Positions 46,872 through 54,866 of a stretch of DNA of 64,000 bases are shown piece by piece. The stretch covers positions 124,665-188,664 of the forward strand of contig CAZEXP010000001.1 in the NCBI GenBank assembly GCA_964516845.1. Reading direction: 5' to 3'. The notes under the pieces were generated by a model. It did not search any database. It was not told where the DNA came from and worked only from the letters and a program-made list of their open reading frames with translations. The position numbers and the translations under genes were made by a program. Numbering within the stretch: position 1 is the first letter of the stretch; each line of letters opens with the position of its first letter. Source of the DNA: an uncultured bacterium. GTDB taxonomy: Bacteria > Joyebacterota > Joyebacteria > Joyebacterales > Joyebacteraceae.

Positions 46872-47818
46872 CGACCGTCAGCGTGGTCATTCCCACGTTT
46901 GGCAAGCGTCCGGTCCTCGAACGCACGCTGGAGTCCCTGCGTGTCCAGACGTACCCGACCGAGCTGACAGAGATCGTCGTGGTTGACGACCACTCGGACG
47001 ACGATACGTCGGAGTACCTCCGGAGCCTCTCGCTTCCGCAGCGCCTTGTCGCGATCCGGCACGATGAGAATCTCGGGCGCGCGGCGGCGCGCAACACGGG
47101 CGTCCGCTCGGCCACGGGAGAGCTGATCGTGTTCGTGGATGACGACATGCTCTGCGAGCCCGATCTCATCGAACAGCACGTGGTCTTCCACCAGGATCAC
47201 CCACGGTCTGTCGCTATCGGCGACGCGGTGCAGGCCCCCGAACTCGGCCACTCGACGGCGCTTTCGTACCTCGATGAGATGGGCGTCCACAAACACGAGT
47301 CCGGCTCGCGGGTGCCGGCGCGGTACTTCGTCACGAACAACAGCTCCGTCGAACGCCAATCCATACTCGACGTCGGTCTCTTCGACGAGAGCTTCCGCAA
47401 CTACGGATTCGAGGATACGGAGCTGGCTTTCCGGCTCGAGGACAACGCGGGTCTCTCGACCTGGTACTGCGGGGAGGCGCGCGCCCTCCACGTGCATCCG
47501 CAGTCGTTCGACGACATCCTCGACAAGAGGATCGAGAACGCGCCGCCGCTGCGACACCTCCTCGCGAAGCACCCGGATCGGGCGGGGGAGATGATGGTGG
47601 ACGTCCTGCTGCCCGTTGCCGCCGGTGACTCGGCCGCGCTCAGGGTTCGGAAGCTCCTGGTGGCCGTCGCCACGAACCGGCTCTTCTACCGGACGGTCCG
47701 CGCCGTTGCCAGGACCATCTGGCTTCGTGGACTCTCGCTCAAGGTGATGACCTACCTGATCGCCTGCCAGTACCGCGCGGGGCTCGCGCGGCCCCCACAT
47801 ACTCAGGAACGCCCCTGA
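46868..47818 (+). CDS. Glycosyltransferase family 2
   Basis: GTG 46868 with RBS ggaggaa in GTGA overlap. VSVVIPTFGKRPVLERTLESL...VVDDHSDDDT...VFVDDDM. Confidence 0.75.
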   Translation: MTTVSVVIPTFGKRPVLERTLESLRVQTYPTELTEIVVVDDHSDDDTSEYLRSLSLPQRLVAIRHDENLGRAAARNTGVRSATGELIVFVDDDMLCEPDLIEQHVVFHQDHPRSVAIGDAVQAPELGHSTALSYLDEMGVHKHESGSRVPARYFVTNNSSVERQSILDVGLFDESFRNYGFEDTELAFRLEDNAGLSTWYCGEARALHVHPQSFDDILDKRIENAPPLRHLLAKHPDRAGEMMVDVLLPVAAGDSAALRVRKLLVAVATNRLFYRTVRAVARTIWLRGLSLKVMTYLIACQYRAGLARPPHTQERP

Positions 47819-48055
47819 AAGCGGCCCCTTCGCGGCGTTTCAACACGTGCGCGACGGTTGGGGCGCGCGATCGACGATTGTAACAACCCCGGTGGCACAC
47901 TTCCTGCTTCCTACAGGGAACTGCACAGCAGATGACACGCATACGTTCCCTGCAGTGCGCGTGAGCAGTCACCAGGTCGTGGGCTGATCCCCAATACCCA
48001 GGTCATGAGTCGTACGCCACCTGTTGCACGCCTCAGCGGGGAACGCTTTTTCTCA

Positions 48056-48091
48056 GCCGCCCCCGGCTCTCTACGAGAGCCGGGGGCGGCC
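48056..48091 (+). terminator. 16-bp perfect GC hairpin (GCCGCCCCCGGCTCTC-tacg-GAGAGCCGGGGGCGGC), putative terminator of the glycan operon
   Basis: Read in sequence. Followed by cTTTCC and then directly by the BMC promoter. Confidence 0.45.
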
Positions 48092-48098
48092 CTTTCCA

Positions 48099-48128
48099 TT
48101 GACAGTCGTCACAAGCCTCTGATAGACT
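48099..48128 (+). promoter_or_regulatory. Sigma70-type promoter TTGACA-N18-(TGa)TAGACT upstream of the BMC operon
   Basis: Consensus -35, extended -10 TG and a TAGACT -10. The same cTGATAGACTGC motif recurs at 59317. Confidence 0.45.
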
Positions 48129-48205
48129 GCCCGGGTTCGCGGCAGGTGCCCATGCCGGTGGTGTTTACGCATACCCCGGGGGGGCGATTCCGGCGCTGTG
48201 GAGGC

Positions 48206-48880
48206 ATGTTCGTGAGCGACGTCACACGGATCGCGGATGAGGTGTTGAGGCGGCTTCAGCGGGAGGCGGGCAACCCGCCTCGCGCGCAGGAGCGTCTCGG
48301 GGAAGCGGGAGTCTCGATCCCCGTCGCAGTCAGCGCCCGTCACGCCCACGTCTCGCGGACCGTACTCGATCGTCTCTACGGGGAGGGCTACGCGCTCTCG
48401 AAGAAGAGCGACCTCGGACAGCCCGGGCAGTTCTCAGCCGAGGAGACGGTCACGGTCGTCGGACGCTCCCTGCGCGCCATCGAGGGCGTCCGCATCCTGG
48501 GTCCCGTGAGAACGTACACGCAGGTCGAGATGTCGCGTGCGGACGCCGTCCGTCTGGGCATCGACCCGCCGATCCGCCGCTCCGGTGATCTCGCGGGGAG
48601 TGCGCCGTTGACGCTGGTCGGCCCGCACGGCGCCGTCACCCTCAAGGAGGGTGGTATCCGCGCGACGCGCCATCTCCACATGACCCCGCGCGACGCGGAG
48701 GTTCATCGCGTAGCCGGCGGCGAGCTGGTCCGCGTCCGGTTCAGCGGCCCCGCGGCGCTCGTCCTCGAGAACGTGATGGTCAACATTTCCGAGGACGGGG
48801 CTCTCGAGCTTCATCTTGACACGGACAATGCGGGCGCGGCGGACGTGCGCGGCCCGATGATGGTGAGCATTCTGAAGTAA
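48206..48880 (+). CDS. pduL: Phosphate propanoyl/acyltransferase PduL-type (PTAC) with N-terminal amphipathic extension
   Basis: Two PduL repeats with VSARHAHVS and [11 protein letters not shown] histidine motifs. Start ATG 48206 or GTG 48212; the upstream part of the track ORF contains the terminator and promoter. Confidence 0.8.
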   Translation: MFVSDVTRIADEVLRRLQREAGNPPRAQERLGEAGVSIPVAVSARHAHVSRTVLDRLYGEGYALSKKSDLGQPGQFSAEETVTVVGRSLRAIEGVRILGPVRTYTQVEMSRADAVRLGIDPPIRRSGDLAGSAPLTLVGPHGAVTLKEGGIRATRHLHMTPRDAEVHRVAGGELVRVRFSGPAALVLENVMVNISEDGALELHLDTDNAGAADVRGPMMVSILK

Positions 48881-48995
48881 CGAAAGGCGTCACCACCCGC
48901 GCGGGTGGAGCGTCCCAGAGACGAGTGGGTCAGGGACGCCGGCAGCGAGACGCAAACGAGAGGCCCGCAACCGGGCCGGACGAGGGGGTGCGCAA

Positions 48996-49265
48996 TTGCC
49001 GGGTACGGCACTTGGAATGGTCGAGACCCGAGGTGTGATCGGTCTCATTGAGGCAGCCGACGCGATGGTGAAGACCGCCAACGTGACCCTCACGCGCTAT
49101 GAGCGGACAGGTGGCGGGTACGTCGCCATCTTCGTTCGGGGTGACGTGGGCGCTGTGAAGGCGGCGGTCGCCGCCGGAGTCGCTGCCGCGACCAAGGTCG
49201 GGGAACTGGTGTCACAGCACATCATCCCGGCCCCGCACGAATCGCTCGAGGAGATTCTGCTGTAG
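48996..49265 (+). CDS. BMC-H shell protein (PduA/EutM/CcmK-type)
   Basis: [28 protein letters not shown]...[12 protein letters not shown] is the canonical Pfam BMC domain. TTG start with RBS gaggggg. Confidence 0.85.
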   Translation: MPGTALGMVETRGVIGLIEAADAMVKTANVTLTRYERTGGGYVAIFVRGDVGAVKAAVAAGVAAATKVGELVSQHIIPAPHESLEEILL

Positions 49266-49360
49266 TCTGACGGGAAGAACACAACGGCACTGGAAACGTG
49301 TGTCGCCATGGGTCCGCAACGGAGCCCGGGGCGACCGAACGCGAGACGCGGGAGGAGAAC

Positions 49361-49651
49361 ATGGGCGAGGCCCTCGGAATGATCGAGACCAGAGGTTTCG
49401 TCGGGATGGTCGAAGCATCCGACGCCATGGTCAAGGCTGCCAAGGTCAAGCTGGTTGGATACGAGAAGGTCGGAGGCGGCTACGTGACCGCCATGGTGCG
49501 CGGTGATGTGGCCGCGGTGCGCGCTGCGGTCGACGCGGGAACCGCGGCGGCCAGCAAGGTCGGGGAACTCATCTCCACGCACGTCATCCCCAGTCCGCAC
49601 ACGAGCCTTGAAGACGTCCTGCCGATCGGCAAGACCGCGAAGTCGAAGTAG
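49361..49651 (+). CDS. BMC-H shell protein, second paralog
   Basis: ATG 49361 with RBS gggaggag. [31 protein letters not shown]...[12 protein letters not shown]. Confidence 0.85.
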   Translation: MGEALGMIETRGFVGMVEASDAMVKAAKVKLVGYEKVGGGYVTAMVRGDVAAVRAAVDAGTAAASKVGELISTHVIPSPHTSLEDVLPIGKTAKSK

Positions 49652-49652
49652 C

Positions 49653-49943
49653 ATGAACATCGGCCGCGTGGTCGGGACGGTTGTCTCGACACAGAAGGAC
49701 GAGAAGCTGGTCGGTACGAAGCTTCAGATCGTCAAGCAGCTGGGGCTCGACTGCGGCGAGACCGGTTCGTTCGTTGTCGCGATCGACGCCGTGGGCGCAG
49801 GACAGGGCGAGGTGGTCCTGTACGCAAGCGGCAGCTCGGCGCGGCAGACGCCGATCACCAAGGACCGGCCGGCTGACGCCGTGATCATGGCCATCGTGGA
49901 CTCGATCGAGGTCGACGGCGCCACCACGTACGAGAAGAAGTAG
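49653..49943 (+). CDS. BMC-P vertex protein (EutN/PduN/CcmL family), copy 1
   Basis: MNIGRVVGTVVSTQKDEKLVGTKLQIV...AVGAGQGEVVL. 96 aa. Confidence 0.85.
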   Translation: MNIGRVVGTVVSTQKDEKLVGTKLQIVKQLGLDCGETGSFVVAIDAVGAGQGEVVLYASGSSARQTPITKDRPADAVIMAIVDSIEVDGATTYEKK

Positions 49944-49993
49944 CGCGCGACGCATCGGGAGCCACCGACGCCTCCTCGGGGAGTTCTTCGCTC

Positions 49994-51418
49994 ATGCCCA
50001 TCGACAGGATAGGGATCGAGTCAATCGTCGAACGCGTCCTCGGAGAGATTGAGGGGGAACGCGCCGCGAGCCCTCCGCCGAAGGCCTTCGACGGGCGTGG
50101 GATACTGCCCGACATCGATGCGGCGACGCTGGCGGCGCTGAGCGCGTTCCGCGAGTTCTCGGAGATACCGCTCGAGGAGCGGCGCGACTTCATCTCCGCA
50201 ATGAGGGCGACGATCCTCGAGCACATCGACGAGCTCTCACAGCTCGCCGTCCAGGAGACCGGGCTCGGGCGCGTGGAGGACAAGGTACGGAAGAACCGGC
50301 TTGCGGCCCGCGCGACCCCCGGGGTCGAGGATCTGAGGGCACACGCCTTCTCCGGCGATCACGGTCTGACGCTCGTCGAGCGGGCGCCCTACGGCGTCAT
50401 CGGCTCGATCACTCCGTCCACCAATCCGTCCGAGACCATTATCAACAACGCCATCAGCATGGTGGCGGCCGGCAACACGGTCGTCTTCAACCCGCACCCG
50501 AGCGCGCGGGTGGTCTCGCTGACCACGATCGACCTGCTCAATCGAGCCATCGCGCAGGCGGGCGGCCCCAGGGCTCTCCTTTTCGCGCCGGTCGATCCAT
50601 CGGTGACATCGGCGCAGGAGCTCATGGCGCATCCGAGTATCCGACTGCTCGTCGTGACGGGCGGACCGGGCGTGGTGAGGGCCGCCATGCAGTCGGGAAA
50701 GCGCGTCGTCGCCGCCGGGCCGGGCAACCCGCCCGTCGTCGTCGATTCGACAGCCGACATCGAGAAGGCCGGCCGCGACATCGTCGCGGGGGCGACTCTC
50801 GACAACAACATCGTCTGCATCGCCGAGAAGGAGATCATCGTCGAGCGCGACGTGGCGGCGCTTCTCAAGCAGTCGCTCGCCGGGGCGGGAGGCGTCGAGA
50901 TCAAGGGACAGTCGCTCGCCCGGCTCATGGACGTTCTCATCGCGGAGGAACACGGTCCGCGACAGCCCGCAACGATGAATCGTGCGTTCATCGGCAAAAA
51001 CATCGAGATCATCCTCGACGCCGCCGGACTCTCATGCCCGCAGGGCGCCCGGATGGCGTTCTTCGAGGCGGACGAGGATCATCCGCTGGTCTGGACGGAA
51101 CAGATGCTCCCGGTGCTTCCCCTCGTCACCGCGCCGAGCGCGAAGGCGGCCATCGAGATGGCAAGGCGCTATGAGCGCGATTGTCGCCACACGGCCGTCA
51201 TGCACTCGAAGAACATCGAGCACATGTCGCTCATGGCGCGGGTGATGGACTGCTCCATCTTCGTGAAGAACGGGCCCTCGTACGCCGGGCTGGGGTTTGG
51301 CGGCGAGGGATTCACGACGTTCACGATCGCGAGCCCGACGGGCGAGGGGCTGACGTCGGCACGCACCTTTACGCGCGAGCGCAGGTGCACACTTGTCGAC
51401 TACTTCAGAATCGTCTAG
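49994..51418 (+). CDS. CoA-acylating aldehyde dehydrogenase (PduP/EutE-like) with N-terminal extension
   Basis: ALDH fold with the catalytic Cys region LDNNIVCIAEKE. N-terminal 40 aa precede the ALDH core. Confidence 0.85.
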   Translation: MPIDRIGIESIVERVLGEIEGERAASPPPKAFDGRGILPDIDAATLAALSAFREFSEIPLEERRDFISAMRATILEHIDELSQLAVQETGLGRVEDKVRKNRLAARATPGVEDLRAHAFSGDHGLTLVERAPYGVIGSITPSTNPSETIINNAISMVAAGNTVVFNPHPSARVVSLTTIDLLNRAIAQAGGPRALLFAPVDPSVTSAQELMAHPSIRLLVVTGGPGVVRAAMQSGKRVVAAGPGNPPVVVDSTADIEKAGRDIVAGATLDNNIVCIAEKEIIVERDVAALLKQSLAGAGGVEIKGQSLARLMDVLIAEEHGPRQPATMNRAFIGKNIEIILDAAGLSCPQGARMAFFEADEDHPLVWTEQMLPVLPLVTAPSAKAAIEMARRYERDCRHTAVMHSKNIEHMSLMARVMDCSIFVKNGPSYAGLGFGGEGFTTFTIASPTGEGLTSARTFTRERRCTLVDYFRIV

Positions 51419-51431
51419 GGGACATGCGACC

Positions 51432-52760
51432 GTGAGCGCGAACCTCAGTGATGCGATACGGGCGGCAGGTGTCGTGGGAGCCGGAGGCGGCGGTTTCCCG
51501 ACCCACGTCAAGGCCGAGGGCAAGGCCGATACGCTCCTCGCCAACGGAGCCGAGTGCGAGCCGCTCCTGAAGGCCGACAGCGCGATGATGAGGGCGGAGC
51601 CCGCGCGCGTGCTCGCCGGTCTTACGCTCATGCGGGACGCCGTCGGCGCCGAGCGCGCCGTCCTCGCCGTGAAACGCAAGAACCTCGACGCTCTTTCCGG
51701 ACTCCGGGAGGCGGCCGAGGCGGCGGAGGGCGTCGAACTCCTCGTCCTGGACAATGTCTATCCCGCGGGCGACGAGTTTCTGCTGGTCTTCGAGGCGACG
51801 GGACGCGTTGTCCCCGAGGGCGGGCTCCCGCTCGATGTCGGTGTCGTCGTGAACAACGTCACCACGCTGGCGCAGGTCGCTGACGCTCGCGAGGGACGCC
51901 CCGTCACGCACCGGTTCGTCACGGTGCAGGGCGAGGTGAACAGTCCCGTGACCTTGTGGGCGCCCGTCGGAACGCAGCTCTCGGCACTGCTCGATGCTGC
52001 CGGGGGACCGAAACTCGACGAGTTCTCGGTCATCGCCGGCGGTCCGATGATGGGACGCCTGGCCGACCTGACCGAACCAACCGACAAGATGCTGGCCGGG
52101 ATCATCGTGCTCCGAAACTCGCATCATCTCATCACGGTGAGGAAGGAGACCGCCGGTCACGCCCTGAAGATCGCTCGGGCCGCGTGCTGCCAGTGCATGG
52201 CGTGCACGGAGCTGTGCCCGAGGGCGCTTCTCGGCCACGACCTCCAGCCGCATCGAACCGTGCGCGCGATCCAGTACTCGATGGAGGCCTCCGAGCACGC
52301 GCACGTCACATCGGCGTATCTCTGTTGCGAATGCGGCATGTGCGAGCTCTTCGCGTGCCCGCTCGAGATCAGGCCGAGGAGGATCCTCTCGGAGCTCAAG
52401 GCCGAGCTCAAGCGGCGGGGAGTCGAGAACCCGCATCGGAGACGGGAACTCGACGCCGACGCGGTCCGGCAGTACCGACAGATCCCTTCGGCGCGGCTGG
52501 TCCAGCGTCTCGGCCTGTCTCAGTATGACGGTCCCGCCGAGGCCATCGGCGACGCGCTCCAGGCGCGGCGAGTGCGCCTGCTGATGCGCCAGCACATCGG
52601 CGCGCCGGCGGTGCCCGTCGTCGAACAGGGAGCGAGCGTGCTCGCCGGCGATGTCGTGGGTGAGATTCCTGCAGGAGCCCTTGGCGCACGCGTACACGCC
52701 AGTATCAGCGGCGAGGTGACGCGAGTCAGCACAACGGAAGTGGTCGTCGAGCGTCGATAG
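51432..52760 (+). CDS. PduS/RnfC-family Fe-S flavoprotein (Complex1_51K-like NAD(H)/FMN module + two 4Fe-4S motifs + C-terminal barrel-sandwich domain)
   Basis: GAGGGGFPTHVK...ANGAECEPLLKAD, CCQCMACTELCP and CCECGMCELFACP. GTG 51432 is 9 nt after RBS aggggac. Confidence 0.75.
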   Translation: MSANLSDAIRAAGVVGAGGGGFPTHVKAEGKADTLLANGAECEPLLKADSAMMRAEPARVLAGLTLMRDAVGAERAVLAVKRKNLDALSGLREAAEAAEGVELLVLDNVYPAGDEFLLVFEATGRVVPEGGLPLDVGVVVNNVTTLAQVADAREGRPVTHRFVTVQGEVNSPVTLWAPVGTQLSALLDAAGGPKLDEFSVIAGGPMMGRLADLTEPTDKMLAGIIVLRNSHHLITVRKETAGHALKIARAACCQCMACTELCPRALLGHDLQPHRTVRAIQYSMEASEHAHVTSAYLCCECGMCELFACPLEIRPRRILSELKAELKRRGVENPHRRRELDADAVRQYRQIPSARLVQRLGLSQYDGPAEAIGDALQARRVRLLMRQHIGAPAVPVVEQGASVLAGDVVGEIPAGALGARVHASISGEVTRVSTTEVVVERR

Positions 52761-52832
52761 CGCGCACCGCACGCGTCGACCTCGTAGAGGACACGACGTC
52801 ATGGATGACGCGACGTCGGAGAGGATGAACGA

Positions 52833-53423
52833 TTGGCGAAGAAGCGTTCTCAAATGGACGCCCCGAAGCGCGGACGACTCGAGGCGATCGCGATCATAGA
52901 GACCATCAGCATCGCCGTCGGGATCCAGATCACCGACGCGATGGCCAAGATGGCCAGCGTCGAGATCCTCGAATCGACTCCGATCTGTCCCGGCAAGTAC
53001 ATGGTGCTGGTGGCAGGCGGCGTCTCCGATGTGGAGTCCTCGCTGAAGCGTGGCATCGAGATCGGCGGGGACGTCATCGCCGACACCCTGTCGATACCTC
53101 ACGTCCATCCGGACATCTTCCCGGCCATCCTCGGCGCCGTCGACGTGGGCGAGCTGGGGGCGCTCGGCGTTGTCGAGACGTTCACGGTCGCCTCCTCGAT
53201 CCTCGCGGCTGATGCCGCGGCGAAGGCCGCACGCGTTCGTATCCTCGAGATTCGTGTCGCGAAGGGACTCGGCGGCAAGGGCTTCTTCACGATGACGGGC
53301 GAGGTGCACGAGGTGGAGGCCGCTATGGAGGCGGCTCTTCAGGTCACGAAGGAATCCGGGACGCTCGTGCGCAGCGTCGTCATCCCACGACCGCACCCGA
53401 GTCTAGCGGCGACGGTCCTGTAG
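52833..53423 (+). CDS. Tandem-domain BMC shell protein (BMC-T)
   Basis: 196 aa with two successive BMC-fold halves (AIAIIETISIAVGI... and LGALGVVETFTVASSILAADAAAKAARV...). TTG start with RBS ggagagga. Confidence 0.75.
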   Translation: MAKKRSQMDAPKRGRLEAIAIIETISIAVGIQITDAMAKMASVEILESTPICPGKYMVLVAGGVSDVESSLKRGIEIGGDVIADTLSIPHVHPDIFPAILGAVDVGELGALGVVETFTVASSILAADAAAKAARVRILEIRVAKGLGGKGFFTMTGEVHEVEAAMEAALQVTKESGTLVRSVVIPRPHPSLAATVL

Positions 53424-53455
53424 CGCGTCGCCACGCCTGCGGCGAAGGAGGAGCG

Positions 53456-53749
53456 GTGCATTTCGGCAGGGTCATCGGCTCGGTCTGGGCGACTCAGAAG
53501 GTCCCGACGCTCAAGGGCGCGCGGATGCTGATCGTCCAGCCTCTGACGCATACGCTCGAGGAGAAAGGGCAACCGCTCGTAGCCGTCGACACCGTCGAGG
53601 CTGCGCCCGGACAGATCATCTACTTCGTGATGTCGCGCGAGGCGTGCAAGGCGATGGAGGAGCGCTTCAACCCGGTCGACGCGGCGATCGTCGGCATCGT
53701 CGATGAGATATCACTGGCCGATGCAGCGATCGACGGGGGGGACGTCTGA
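53456..53749 (+). CDS. BMC-P vertex protein (EutN/CcmL family), copy 2
   Basis: GTG start with RBS ggaggag. (M)HFGRVIGSVWATQKVPTLKGARMLIV. Confidence 0.8.
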   Translation: MHFGRVIGSVWATQKVPTLKGARMLIVQPLTHTLEEKGQPLVAVDTVEAAPGQIIYFVMSREACKAMEERFNPVDAAIVGIVDEISLADAAIDGGDV

Positions 53750-53750
53750 C

Positions 53751-54023
53751 ATGTTTCTCGCACGCGTGATAGGGGAACTCGTCTCGACGATCAAGCATGA
53801 GTCGCTCCACGCCCAAACGCTGCTGATCATCGACCGGATCGATCTCGAGGACCATCAGACCGGCGCCACCCTGATAGCAGTCGATTCGGTGTCCGCGGGC
53901 GTAGGGGACACCGTGCTCGTCGTGGACGAGGGCGGCTCCGCGGCCATCGTCACCGGGCTTGCCGACCCGCCGATCAGAACGGTCATCGTCGGCATCGTCG
54001 ATCACTTCGACGTGGAGGTGTGA
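53751..54023 (+). CDS. BMC-P vertex protein (EutN/CcmL family), copy 3
   Basis: MFLARVIGELVSTIKHESLHAQTLLII...AVDSVSAGVGDTVLV. Confidence 0.8.
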   Translation: MFLARVIGELVSTIKHESLHAQTLLIIDRIDLEDHQTGATLIAVDSVSAGVGDTVLVVDEGGSAAIVTGLADPPIRTVIVGIVDHFDVEV

Positions 54024-54027
54024 CGTC

Positions 54028-54828
54028 GTGCTGAGCGAGTTCGAAGCGCGCCGCGATATCGTCGAGATCGGCCGTCGGCTCTGGCAACGCGGATACGTTG
54101 CCTCGAACGACGGCAACATCAGCGCGCGCCTCGACGGCGAACGGATACTCGTGACGCCCTCGGGCCTTTCGAAAGGCTTTCTCTCCACGACCGATCTCGT
54201 CGTTGTCACGCCCGAAGGCAGGAAGCTCTCGGGAGAGCGCGAGCCCACCTCGGAACTCCCGCTTCACCTCTCGGTCTACTCCCGTCGCGCCGACGTCGCC
54301 GGTATCGTGCACGCCCATCCACCGGTCGCGACCGGGTACGCCGTTGCTCGTGTCCCACTTGCGCAGTGCATTCTTCCCGAGGTCGTGCTGACGCTCGGGT
54401 CGGTTCCGACCGCGGACTACGCGACGCCTTCTACCTCCGCGGTTGCCGAGAGCATCGCGCGCTACGTCGACGACTACAGCGCCATACTGCTGGCGAACCA
54501 CGGGGCGCTCGCGCTCGGCAAGACTCTCTACGAAGCGTATTTCCGGATGGAGACGATCGAACACTTCGCTCAGATCGCCCTCACCGCGCGTCAGCTGGGA
54601 GGAGCATCGCCGCTGACACCGGGTGAGATCGAGGACCTCGCGGTGATCCGGGAGAAACTCGGCGTGCGAGTGCCGGAGGACAGCTGTCTGAGCTGTGGCG
54701 CGTGCACCGGCTCCGACGGCGCCGATGCCGGAACAGCGCCGTCCCGGACCGCGTCCGGCCAGGCCAGCCTCGACGAATCGCTGGTTCAGGAGGTCATGGC
54801 GGAGATCGCCCGACGTCGTTCCGGCTGA
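54028..54828 (+). CDS. Class II aldolase/adducin-family enzyme (fuculose/rhamnulose-phosphate aldolase-like) with C-terminal extension
   Basis: GTG 54028 with RBS ggagg 9 nt upstream. GNISAR, VHAHPP and LLANHGAL are class II aldolase metal and active-site motifs. About 50 extra C-terminal residues. Confidence 0.8.
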   Translation: MLSEFEARRDIVEIGRRLWQRGYVASNDGNISARLDGERILVTPSGLSKGFLSTTDLVVVTPEGRKLSGEREPTSELPLHLSVYSRRADVAGIVHAHPPVATGYAVARVPLAQCILPEVVLTLGSVPTADYATPSTSAVAESIARYVDDYSAILLANHGALALGKTLYEAYFRMETIEHFAQIALTARQLGGASPLTPGEIEDLAVIREKLGVRVPEDSCLSCGACTGSDGADAGTAPSRTASGQASLDESLVQEVMAEIARRRSG

Positions 54829-54866
54829 AAAAGGACCCGCTCCGAGCGGGCCCGGGAGGATGACGA

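Noticed and set aside
48005-48205. N-terminal 67-aa extension of the PduL ORF
   Set aside because: The span contains the 16-bp terminator hairpin and the TTGACA-N18-TAGACT promoter. Coding starts at 48206/48212.
51393-51431. TTG 51393 as start of the PduS-like gene
   Set aside because: It would overlap the ALDH by 26 nt with no SD. GTG 51432 sits 9 nt after AGGGGA just past the ALDH stop.
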